From: Thermosulfurimonas dismutans
Lineage (GTDB): Bacteria; Desulfobacterota; Thermodesulfobacteria; Thermodesulfobacteriales; Thermodesulfobacteriaceae
NCBI RefSeq assembly: GCF_001652585.1
Contig: NZ_LWLG01000012.1
Coordinates: 1 to 32,000 of the forward strand
Length of the DNA stretch: 32,000 nt
Reading direction: 5' to 3'
Position numbers and translations under genes: made by a program. Shown here piece by piece: positions 1 through 8,298 of the stretch; the first letter of the stretch is position 1; the number at the start of each line of letters is the position of its first letter. Below the pieces are notes generated by a model that did no database searches, was not told the DNA's origin, and saw nothing but the letters and a program-made list of their open reading frames with translations.

Positions 1-22
1 CTATTTTATCGAGCTAAATCTC

Positions 23-98
<76 letters not shown>

Positions 99-115
99 TC
101 CTTAAACTCTACAAG

Positions 116-188
116 AGCGGGAGACGGGACTCGAACCCGCAACCCTCAGCTTGGAAGGCTGATGCTCTACCACTTGAGCTACTCCCGC
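116..188 (-). tRNA. tRNA-Gly (anticodon UCC)
   Basis: Reverse complement GCGGGAGTAGCTCAAGTGGTAGAGC... has acceptor GCGGGAG/CTCCCGC, anticodon loop CTTCCAA and T-arm GCGGGTTCGAGTCCCGT. It is 73 nt; no CCA is encoded. Confidence 0.9.
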
Positions 189-207
189 TCCCTCATTCAA
201 CAAAAAG

Positions 208-289
208 TGGAGGGGGGAGGATTCGAACCTCCGAAGGCTGAGCCATCGGGTTTACAGCCCGACCCCTTTGACCACTCGGGAACCCCTCC
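208..289 (-). tRNA. tRNA-Tyr (anticodon GUA), long variable arm
   Basis: Reverse complement GGAGGGGTTCCCGAGTGGTCAAAGGGG... has anticodon stem TCGGG/CCCGA with loop CTGTAAA, a long variable arm and T-arm GGAGGTTCGAATCCTCC. Acceptor GGAGGGG/CCCCTCC. It is 82 nt without CCA. Confidence 0.9.
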
Positions 290-292
290 ATC

Positions 293-322
293 AAAAAAGC
301 AGGTCTGACCCTTCAGACCTGC
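293..322 (-). terminator. Rho-independent terminator of the qmo operon
   Basis: Perfect 10-bp stem GCAGGTCTGA (299-308) / TCAGACCTGC (313-322) with a 4-nt loop. An A6 run at 293-298 gives a T6 tract downstream on the minus strand. It lies 48 nt after the qmoC stop. Confidence 0.75.
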
Positions 323-369
323 TCCTTAATTATAATAGAAACCTTTGGGGTGTCAAGAATATCAAAAGA

Positions 370-1641
370 CTAACTATTTCCTTCGGCCTTAGTCTCCTCA
401 GAAGATTCTTCCTGAGAGGCCTCCTCCGGAGCCTCCTCTTTAACTTCCTCCTGAGGCGAAGCCTCTTCTTTCACCTCCAGGGCAGCCATCTGAGCCCTCA
501 CGTCTTTGACGTAAAGATCAAACACATAGGCCGTGGTCCGGTAAATGAGATGCGCAAACTTGGAGTAAGGGATACTCAAAAAGAGCATGAAAACCGCTAT
601 CAGATGAAGGGCGTACATACCGGGATAAAAGGCGTTGTGAACCAGCCTCAAAATCTCCGTAAGGAGACCAGTAACACCCACCGCCAAAATAAGATAAATG
701 AGAAACCAATCCTGATAACTGCTGCTAAGCTTGCCCTCAGCCGAGGCCCGGCTCCGATTGGCTATCAGACTGATTACTCCATAGAGCAAGAGAATGGCCC
801 CAATATTGGCCAAAATCTTAATAGGGTTATAAAGAGGCCAGGGAGTATGGAAGCCGAACACATCGGCTGCGATAAAAACCACACCCGTAACAAACGCCAG
901 GATAATAAAGGACCAAAGGAGCATCCGGTGACCATTAAAACGCCACTGGTTAGCCCCACAATCCCGGAACCGGGAATGGGCTAAAATCTCCTTGATCGCC
1001 GGGACTAAATAGATCTTCAGAATACCCCACAGGCTCTTTTGATAAGCCGCCGGGATATTTACATTCTGGCACATACCATTCCACATCCGATTTATTCCTA
1101 TACCCGCCATCACCACCACAAACGCTGCCAGAGGAACAAAAATAGCATCTACCATCAAAACCCTTCTCACTGACTCATGAACGTCCAGCGATAGCACCGG
1201 AATCAGATCTAGGCTGAAGATACCGGGAATACCCCCAAAGAAGAAAGAAAAAGAGAGAAAAACAAAAAAGAAAGCGATCAAAAAGATTATAGGAAGTCCC
1301 CAGGGCTTGTTATAAAAGGTCCAAAGGAACTTAAACTCCGAGAGCTCCCGCACGGCCATATTCCGCAGGGCCCCCAAGACATCTCCAGGCTTTGCTCCCC
1401 GGGGACAATAAACTGTACAGTCCCCACACTGGTGACACAGCCAAATACTAGGATCCGAAAGGAGACGCTCCTTGAGTCCCCACTGTCCCATGAGCATCTG
1501 CTTCCGAGGGAAAGGCATCTCGTCCTGAGACAGGGGGCAAACCGTGGCACAGGTTGCGCACTGATAACACTTCTTGACCGTATCCCCACCAGCCGACTGA
1601 ATTTCTTCTACAATTCTTACATCGGGCTCTATACGGGCCAT
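370..1641 (-). CDS. qmoC: Quinone-interacting membrane-bound oxidoreductase subunit C (HdrC-like 2x[4Fe-4S] N-domain fused to an HdrE/NarI-like multi-TM domain)
   Basis: 423-aa ORF. N-terminus has CYQCATCATVCP and CHQCGDCTVYCP ferredoxin-type Cys motifs, followed by several hydrophobic helices. SD TAAGGAGGT lies upstream of the ATG. It sits immediately downstream of qmoA/qmoB and aprBA. Confidence 0.85.
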   Translation of the reverse strand: MARIEPDVRIVEEIQSAGGDTVKKCYQCATCATVCPLSQDEMPFPRKQMLMGQWGLKERLLSDPSIWLCHQCGDCTVYCPRGAKPGDVLGALRNMAVRELSEFKFLWTFYNKPWGLPIIFLIAFFFVFLSFSFFFGGIPGIFSLDLIPVLSLDVHESVRRVLMVDAIFVPLAAFVVVMAGIGINRMWNGMCQNVNIPAAYQKSLWGILKIYLVPAIKEILAHSRFRDCGANQWRFNGHRMLLWSFIILAFVTGVVFIAADVFGFHTPWPLYNPIKILANIGAILLLYGVISLIANRSRASAEGKLSSSYQDWFLIYLILAVGVTGLLTEILRLVHNAFYPGMYALHLIAVFMLFLSIPYSKFAHLIYRTTAYVFDLYVKDVRAQMAALEVKEEASPQEEVKEEAPEEASQEESSEETKAEGNS

Positions 1642-1652
1642 ATTCTACCTCC

Positions 1653-3851
1653 TTACCATCCCTTAAATGGGCTTTCTCCAAATTCCTGAAGCATGGCCAC
1701 AAAGTCACCCAAAATCTGAGGTATCCTCTCAACCTCGTCAATAGCCACGATCTCAATCTTAACCCGCTCGTTCTCAAGGGCTAGCTGCTGCAAGGTTTCG
1801 GCTACATTTTCCATCCGTCGATTGGCAAGCTCACTACCCTTAATGAAATGACACTGATAATTCTCACCGAACTTACAACCCAGCAGGATGATACCATCAT
1901 AACCACTGCTCATGGCGTCCTTGATAAACGACACATTCACCGCTCCCAGACAACGCACCGGAATCACCCGAATAGCTACCGGGATATTTAGACGCTTGTA
2001 AGCCGCCATATCCAGGGCCGGAAGGGCATCGTTTTCACACACCAGTGCCAGGACCCGATAGAGCCCGTAATCCGGCTCCGGCATCTCACAGGCCTTGATC
2101 ATCTGGGTAACCATGTCAATGCTGTAGTCTTTGAAGTTGATGATTCGCTGCGGACAGGCTCCGAAACAGGTTCCACAACGGCGACAACGGGTTGGATTGG
2201 GCATGGGAGTACCATCTTCCGTCTCATCTAGGGCCCCAAAAGGACACTCCTCCGTACACCGCTTACACTGGGTACACATCTTGAGATCCCATTCCGGATA
2301 GGCGAAATCCCACGTCCGCGGATGAACCGCATGCCCCATTTCAATAGCCTTGAGGCACTGAAGGGCCTTCAATGCCGCTCCAGTAGCGTCCTCCATGGCC
2401 TGAAAAACAGTCATGGGCTGGTGAACCGCTCCCGCAGCATAAATACCCGTACGCCGCGTCTCATAAGGGAAACAAATGTAGTTAGAATCTGCAAAACCGT
2501 AAAAGAGTTCTAGTTCCGGAAAACCAGCTCCCTGTCGATACTCAAGTGGAATAATAGGATCATCGGCCGTAGCCGGAACCATACCGGTAGCCAACACCAC
2601 CATATCTACCGGAATCTCAAGCTCCTCACCAAGGAGGGTCTGATCTACCTTCACCAACAATTTCCCTTCTTCCTCGCTGATCTCTTTAATTTCCCCCTTG
2701 GTAAGGAAAATTCCAGGATCATCCTGCATAGCTTTATAGAAATTCTCATAAATACCCGCTGTCCGCATATCTTTATAAATAATAAAAGCCTTAGCCTCTG
2801 GATCAGTCTCCCGAATATACTTCGCCTGCTTGAGAGAAACCATACAACAAACCGACGAACAATAGGCTAGATGATTCTCGTCGCGCTGCCCAGCACACTG
2901 CACAAAAAGGACACTTTTTACCGGGGCCCCATCCGAACGGCGTTTGAGCTCTCCTTTAGCGCACATTTCTTCGAATTCCACATTGGTGACCACATCCGCA
3001 AACTTTCCATATCCCAACTCTTCAAGTTTGGAAGCATCATAAGGTTTCCAACCAGCAGCCACCACAATGGCGCCTATCTTAATCTCCTCCTCGCTTCCTC
3101 CCTTCTTGATGGTCACCCTAAAAAGCCCCGGAGCCCCCTTAATGCTGGTCACTTGAGAACCGGTATACACCGTTATGTTCTCATTATTTTGAACTTCCGA
3201 GATTAGCCGATCCGTCACCGGCTCGGAAAGCCCATCAAAAGGAGCCTCGGCCTTGATCTGGGCCTTCATCTTGGCCACAAAGCCACCCAGTTCATTCTCC
3301 TTTTCCACAATGATGGCCTGATGACCAGCTTTGGCCACTTCCAGAGCCGCGGTCATACCGGCTACCCCACCACCAATCACCAATACGGTCTTCGAAATCT
3401 CTTCCTCAGGCTGATAAGGGACCGGAGCCTGGGAGTTCATGAGCTTAGCTACGCCCATACGGACGTAATCTTTAGCCAGAGACATCAACTCATCTTTAAA
3501 AGTAGTCCCTTCGGCAACTTCCTTGGAATCATCCACCTCTTCCTCGCCTTCATCCGGTACAGGGAAACGACTCCAGACCACCCCTTCCCGCAGGCTTACT
3601 CGCTCGACTCTTACATTCCCAAAGTTAAAAACATCATAGTTCACCCGCGGAGAGCAGGCGCAAATGGCCACACCATCAAGCTCTTCGTTTTTGATGGTTT
3701 CACCAATAAAAGCCACCCCTTCCTTACTACAGAGGAATTCCTTTGAGACCGCGACCGCCGCTCCCTGATCTTTAGCCGCGGCTTCCAAATCTCCCACTTC
3801 AAGCCGATCCCCTATATTACAAGAGGTACAAATAAAAGCCCCTATCTTCAT
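1653..3851 (-). CDS. qmoB: Qmo complex subunit B (HdrA-like flavoprotein with ferredoxin insert and MvhD-like C-terminal domain)
   Basis: 732-aa ORF. FAD dinucleotide fold VLVIGGGVAGMTAALEVAKAG; CTQCKRCTEECPFG and CRRCGTCFGACP [4Fe-4S] motifs; C-terminal MvhD-like segment (LVCENDA...RCLGAVN...LLGCKFGENYQCHF). There is a 3-nt gap after qmoA. Confidence 0.9.
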   Translation of the reverse strand: MKIGAFICTSCNIGDRLEVGDLEAAAKDQGAAVAVSKEFLCSKEGVAFIGETIKNEELDGVAICACSPRVNYDVFNFGNVRVERVSLREGVVWSRFPVPDEGEEEVDDSKEVAEGTTFKDELMSLAKDYVRMGVAKLMNSQAPVPYQPEEEISKTVLVIGGGVAGMTAALEVAKAGHQAIIVEKENELGGFVAKMKAQIKAEAPFDGLSEPVTDRLISEVQNNENITVYTGSQVTSIKGAPGLFRVTIKKGGSEEEIKIGAIVVAAGWKPYDASKLEELGYGKFADVVTNVEFEEMCAKGELKRRSDGAPVKSVLFVQCAGQRDENHLAYCSSVCCMVSLKQAKYIRETDPEAKAFIIYKDMRTAGIYENFYKAMQDDPGIFLTKGEIKEISEEEGKLLVKVDQTLLGEELEIPVDMVVLATGMVPATADDPIIPLEYRQGAGFPELELFYGFADSNYICFPYETRRTGIYAAGAVHQPMTVFQAMEDATGAALKALQCLKAIEMGHAVHPRTWDFAYPEWDLKMCTQCKRCTEECPFGALDETEDGTPMPNPTRCRRCGTCFGACPQRIINFKDYSIDMVTQMIKACEMPEPDYGLYRVLALVCENDALPALDMAAYKRLNIPVAIRVIPVRCLGAVNVSFIKDAMSSGYDGIILLGCKFGENYQCHFIKGSELANRRMENVAETLQQLALENERVKIEIVAIDEVERIPQILGDFVAMLQEFGESPFKGW

Positions 3852-3854
3852 GGA

Positions 3855-5096
3855 TTACCCCCTTACAATAGTCTGAATAGCTTTCAAGGCTGCGGCCGTA
3901 GCCGTCTCGTTGGAGGTCATCACGTCCAGTGGCATCCGGGCGCAGCCACAAGCATACATGCCATCCGAAATCTTCACAAATCCGTTTTCATCCACCGCTA
4001 CCCCGGGCACACCTTCCACCGCCAGCGAAGGCTGCATACCTAGAGCTAACACCACCATATTCACCCGTTGATTGACTCGTTTTCCGGAAATAGCGTCTTC
4101 AGCCGTAACAATCAAGTCTTTGGTCTCAGGATCCTCTTCGATTTTGGCCACTTTCCCTTTAATAAAATTGATCCGAGCCTCCTCCTGAGCCCGACGCAAA
4201 AACTTCTCATATCGTCCCGGAGTACGAATGTCTATATAAAAGAAATAGATATTTGTCTCCGAGTCCTGCTCTGCAAGATAAAGACTCTGCTTTAGAGAAG
4301 CCAAACAGCAGATATAAGAGCAATAGGGAAGGTGATTTTCATCCCTTGAGCCGGCACACTGTACAAAGGCCACAGTCTTGGGTTCGGTTTGATCGGAGGG
4401 TCTAAGAATCTTGCCTCCCGTGGGGCCCGTAGGTGAAGCCAGGCGTTCCATTTCCATATTAGTAATCACGTTAGCGAAACGCCCATAGCCCAAGTTGTCG
4501 AGTTTAGTGGCATCATATGGCTTCCAACCCGTGGCCCAAATGATGGCCCCGACTTCAAGCTCAACCGTTTCAGGCTGCATATCAGGCTCAATGGCATTAT
4601 ATTTGCAGGCCGCCATAATACGATCCAGATCGCCGTCCGCCAGTGCCGACTTATCAAGCACGTAACGCAGAGGAAAGGCCATGGGACTAGGCAGATAAAT
4701 AGCCTTGGTCTTAGTCAGGCCAAAATCAAAGTCGCTTACCCTCTCTCCCTGACAGACCTTTTCACATTCTCCACAGGCCGTACAATTCTCATTGACGTAT
4801 CGAGGAGCTATCTCCACCGTAACCTTGTAATTACCCGGCCCCCCGGAAATGTTTTTTATATTGGCCATAGTGTAAACCGTAATCCGAGGATTGGTCTTTA
4901 TGCGACGATAATTCATTTCCAGACCACAGGTAGGGGGGCAAAGCTTCGGAAAATAATAACGAAGCTGTGCCACACGACCTCCCAAAGAAGGCTGCTTTTC
5001 GACCAAATACACGTCATATTCCATCTCGGCTGCTTCCACAGCCGCCGTAATACCACTTATCCCTCCTCCGACCACCAAAATCTTATCGTAAGCCAT
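3855..5096 (-). CDS. qmoA: Qmo complex subunit A (HdrA-like FAD protein)
   Basis: 413-aa ORF. N-terminal ILVVGGGISGITAAVEAAE...LVEKQPSLGGR FAD fold; CTACGECEKVC cluster motif; paralogous to the N-terminal half of qmoB; position within apr-qmo synteny. Confidence 0.9.
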   Translation of the reverse strand: MAYDKILVVGGGISGITAAVEAAEMEYDVYLVEKQPSLGGRVAQLRYYFPKLCPPTCGLEMNYRRIKTNPRITVYTMANIKNISGGPGNYKVTVEIAPRYVNENCTACGECEKVCQGERVSDFDFGLTKTKAIYLPSPMAFPLRYVLDKSALADGDLDRIMAACKYNAIEPDMQPETVELEVGAIIWATGWKPYDATKLDNLGYGRFANVITNMEMERLASPTGPTGGKILRPSDQTEPKTVAFVQCAGSRDENHLPYCSYICCLASLKQSLYLAEQDSETNIYFFYIDIRTPGRYEKFLRRAQEEARINFIKGKVAKIEEDPETKDLIVTAEDAISGKRVNQRVNMVVLALGMQPSLAVEGVPGVAVDENGFVKISDGMYACGCARMPLDVMTSNETATAAALKAIQTIVRG

Positions 5097-5176
5097 AACT
5101 TCCTCCTCCCGGTTTTATCACGCTTGGCTTGCACCGAAGGCCGATAAATGGCCTCCCGCCCAAACCAAGCAGGCCC

Positions 5177-5201
5177 AAAAAAGGGGGGGCTTAGCCCCCC
5201 C
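5177..5201 (-). terminator. Intra-cluster intrinsic terminator/attenuator between aprA and qmoA
   Basis: 8-bp all-G/C stem GGGGGGGC (5183-5190) / GCCCCCCC (5194-5201) with loop TTA. A6 at 5177-5182 gives a T6 tract on the minus strand. It starts 22 nt after the aprA stop codon. Confidence 0.6.
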
Positions 5202-5222
5202 TCAAATTTTCCTAAACCGCGC

Positions 5223-7223
5223 TTACGGTCCCAGAGGATCAGGAATGATCTGAATGTAGGGGAACTTCTCCATCTCCCACTCACCGGTCTCAGGATTCCA
5301 GCGAGAGAGGGTAAAGCAACGCCAGTTCTGATCATCAAGCTCAGGGAAGTCGGCCCGATAGTAGTAACCAGGATAACGAGTCTCCTCACGGAAGAGCACA
5401 TGACGGAGATGGAGCTCCGCGGTCCAGACACGGTGGATATTCTCCCAAGCCCTCATGAGCTCATGGAGGTCACGAGCCGCAGCCTTCTGCATATCCTCCT
5501 TGAGCATAGTGAGGAGCTCAAGGCCGCGCTCGAGCATGATCTTGTTGGTCTGATAGTAAGTGGCAATTCCAGCCACATACTCGTCCATAATCTTCATAAG
5601 ACGGAGCTGGATCTGACGCGGCAGGAGGTAATTGGGGTTGATCTCATAAACCGTGGTGGCGTTCTTGAACTCCTGGAAGCGATACCAAGGACCATAAATT
5701 TCTTTCTTCAGCTCCTCGGGATTCTCCTTCGGAGTGGGCTTGAAGTCCTTATTATCCAGACAGAACTTGATCATAGCCTTGGCCGCAATACGACCCTCCA
5801 CATGGGAACCAGAGGAGAACTTATGACCGCAAGCACCCACGGTGTCACCGGCAGCAAACATACCCTTGACCGTGGTCATACGGTTGTAACGACCAACGTC
5901 ATCCCAAGCCTTCCGATATTCCTCAGGCACCCAGTCTTCATCCGGACCACAGCACCAGGCACCCGCACAACCGGCGTGCGAACCGAGGAAGTAAGGCTCG
6001 GTAGGCATGATCTCGGAAGGCACCTTCTCGGGCTCAATGTTCAAGCAGGCCCAGAGACCAGCCTGAGTGACGCACATGTCAAGAAAGTCTTCCCAGGCCT
6101 CAGCCTCAAGCTTCTTGAACTCTTTCTTATCCATATTCTTCATGGACTCCTGAAGAGCCCACTCGGTGTGCATAAAGATAGGACCACGACCCTCTTTCAT
6201 CTCAATCAGCATGGCGTGGTTACGCAGACAGGTACCCACCACGGAGGCTTCGCTGTAAGGAGCGAACTTCTTGAGTTCGTCCTTATGCTTGGCAATATAG
6301 TCCTCATCGAAGGCGTTGGTAGCCCGGGCCTTAAAGAGGAGGAACCAGGCACCAACCGGACCATAACCGTCCTTAAAACGAGCGGGAACAAAACGGTTCT
6401 CCATAAGGACCAGCTTGGCACCGCTCATAGCGAACATGGCATAACCGGAACCGGGGTTCCAGACGGGATACCAAGCACGCCCCTGACCTTCACCAACAGA
6501 ACGCGGACGGAAGATGTTAACCGCACCACCAGTGGCAACCAGGGTAGCATTGGCCTTGATGATATAAACCTTGTTCTCACGAACAGAGAAACCCACACCA
6601 CCGCAGCAACGGTTGGGCTCGTTAGCATCCATGAGAGGACGAACAATGAAGACACGCTCAAGGATCACACCATTCTCACCCATCTGATCCATAGCGTTCT
6701 TGGCAGCCTCGGCCACGATGACCTTATAGGACTCACCGTTGATCATGATCTGCCAACGACCGGAACGAACCGGCTTGGCACCCCCACGAAGAGTGAGCCC
6801 CTTCGCCTTAGCCTCCGCACCATCGATAGTCTTACCATCGTCGGTAGTCTTCCAGATAGGCAGACCCCAGTCCTCAAAGCAGTGAACAGTATCATCCACG
6901 TGACGGCCAACATCGAAAGAAAGATCCTCTCTAATGATTCCCATCAGGTCGCAACGAACCATACGAACATAATCATCGGGCTTATTTTCGCCGATATAGG
7001 TATTGATAGCGGAAAGACCCATAGCCACCGCACCAGACCGCTCAAGAGCAGCCTTATCACAGAGAACAATCTTGAGACCAGCCGGCTTAGCCCAGCGGAC
7101 GGCCTCTACCGCCGCACCACAGCAGGCCATACCACCACCTACCAAAAGGATATCAGTCTCCATCTCAACGATTTCAGGCTCGGCACACTCTAAACCAGGG
7201 TTATAAGACCAAATCCTGCCCAT
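5223..7223 (-). CDS. aprA: Adenylylsulfate (APS) reductase alpha subunit
   Basis: 666-aa ORF. FAD fold DILLVGGGMACCGAAVEA and overall flavoprotein (fumarate-reductase-like) layout. It lies directly downstream of aprB. Confidence 0.95.
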   Translation of the reverse strand: MGRIWSYNPGLECAEPEIVEMETDILLVGGGMACCGAAVEAVRWAKPAGLKIVLCDKAALERSGAVAMGLSAINTYIGENKPDDYVRMVRCDLMGIIREDLSFDVGRHVDDTVHCFEDWGLPIWKTTDDGKTIDGAEAKAKGLTLRGGAKPVRSGRWQIMINGESYKVIVAEAAKNAMDQMGENGVILERVFIVRPLMDANEPNRCCGGVGFSVRENKVYIIKANATLVATGGAVNIFRPRSVGEGQGRAWYPVWNPGSGYAMFAMSGAKLVLMENRFVPARFKDGYGPVGAWFLLFKARATNAFDEDYIAKHKDELKKFAPYSEASVVGTCLRNHAMLIEMKEGRGPIFMHTEWALQESMKNMDKKEFKKLEAEAWEDFLDMCVTQAGLWACLNIEPEKVPSEIMPTEPYFLGSHAGCAGAWCCGPDEDWVPEEYRKAWDDVGRYNRMTTVKGMFAAGDTVGACGHKFSSGSHVEGRIAAKAMIKFCLDNKDFKPTPKENPEELKKEIYGPWYRFQEFKNATTVYEINPNYLLPRQIQLRLMKIMDEYVAGIATYYQTNKIMLERGLELLTMLKEDMQKAAARDLHELMRAWENIHRVWTAELHLRHVLFREETRYPGYYYRADFPELDDQNWRCFTLSRWNPETGEWEMEKFPYIQIIPDPLGP

Positions 7224-7266
7224 AATTACCCCTCCTTTCTATTTTAAATTTTTTTGATTTTTCAGT

Positions 7267-7731
7267 TTACCCCGCAAACTTAATAGCCACCGGATTTTCA
7301 GGAGTGGCAGGAGTTACACCATCGGCGATCTCCGTAAAAAGACGATTGTCACCAATAGCCGAAAGATCAGGATCAGGCTTTCCAACCGTAGGATCAGCAG
7401 AACCTTCGGGCGTAGTCCGGATAGGGAACTTAAAGCGCTTCACCACACCGTTACGGAATTTAATGGTCCACATAATGTCCGTGGTACCCCGCATAGGCTG
7501 ACAAGAAGCACCCAACGGAGAAAAGTCCGCATAGTGCCGCACCGAAATAGCACCCTGAGGACAGCTCTTAACACAGCTGTAGCACTCCCAACACTGATCC
7601 GGCTCTTGGTTATAGGCCTTCATATTCTCGGTGTCCAAAATCATGAGGTCGTTCGGGCAAATGTACATGCAAACCGTACGATCCCCTCCCTTACATCCGT
7701 CACACTTTTCAGGATTAACATAGCTCGGCAT
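7267..7731 (-). CDS. aprB: Adenylylsulfate (APS) reductase beta subunit (2x[4Fe-4S])
   Basis: 154-aa ORF beginning MPSYVNPEKCDGCKG..., with CMYICPND and CWECYSCVKSCP motifs characteristic of AprB. SD AAGGAGGTAGGG lies upstream. Confidence 0.95.
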   Translation of the reverse strand: MPSYVNPEKCDGCKGGDRTVCMYICPNDLMILDTENMKAYNQEPDQCWECYSCVKSCPQGAISVRHYADFSPLGASCQPMRGTTDIMWTIKFRNGVVKRFKFPIRTTPEGSADPTVGKPDPDLSAIGDNRLFTEIADGVTPATPENPVAIKFAG

Positions 7732-7908
7732 ACTCCCTACCTCCTTTTTTATTTTTTCTAGCCCGAGCCCCCACTATGGGAGCCTTTCAAACTCTTAATT
7801 TCCATACCTAATCCTTCCACAAGGCTCAAGTTCCATTTTTTCCGGTTAACTCCAATTTCGCATCCTTAACCTATTTCCTCTATTCCAAACACAAGCTTTC
7901 ATATCACT

Positions 7909-8268
7909 TTATTCAGTTTCAATGTCAGGCGGAGGCAGATACTCAGACTCCTTAGCCGCCATTTCCTTAATCTCGTCCACCTTAGCCAAGACCCCTTCAA
8001 CCACCTCTGGCCCCAAAGACTTCTTTTCTACTACTTGATTAAAAAGTTCCCTCATAAAGGCCACCGGGACATCGGTGATCGCTCCACGAGAGTCCACCCG
8101 GGCAGTCTCAAACTCGGCCAAAATTTTATCCTTAAGTTCCTCAGATACCTCTACCTCTAGAAGGCGGAGCTCACCACCAAACATATATTTAATATTATCT
8201 TCCAAGCCCGTACCCCTTAGCTTTGCCATCCGGCTATCATCCAAAAGGACTACCATAAAGTAGGCCAT
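7909..8268 (-). CDS. Hypothetical small acidic protein embedded between sat and aprB
   Basis: 119-aa ORF with SD GAAGGAGGG 6 nt upstream of the ATG. It starts 30 nt downstream of the sat stop, on the same strand. I recognise no family motif. Confidence 0.6.
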   Translation of the reverse strand: MAYFMVVLLDDSRMAKLRGTGLEDNIKYMFGGELRLLEVEVSEELKDKILAEFETARVDSRGAITDVPVAFMRELFNQVVEKKSLGPEVVEGVLAKVDEIKEMAAKESEYLPPPDIETE

Positions 8269-8298
8269 CTCTTTCCCTCCTTCTCGATTTTTTGAGTC

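Noticed and set aside
268-984. 238-aa plus-strand ORF antisense to qmoC, and 72-308 ORF across the tRNA genes
   Set aside because: These overlap a well-supported membrane/FeS protein gene, three tRNA genes and a terminator. The translations are repetitive (LLR/FFL) artefacts.
5148-7193. 681-aa plus-strand ORF spanning almost the whole aprA locus
   Set aside because: It is exactly antisense to a gene with unmistakable AprA motifs. Its translation is low-complexity (T/L/G/H/R-rich) with no motif, SD or sensible start context. It is a classic shadow ORF produced by codon bias of the highly expressed opposite strand.
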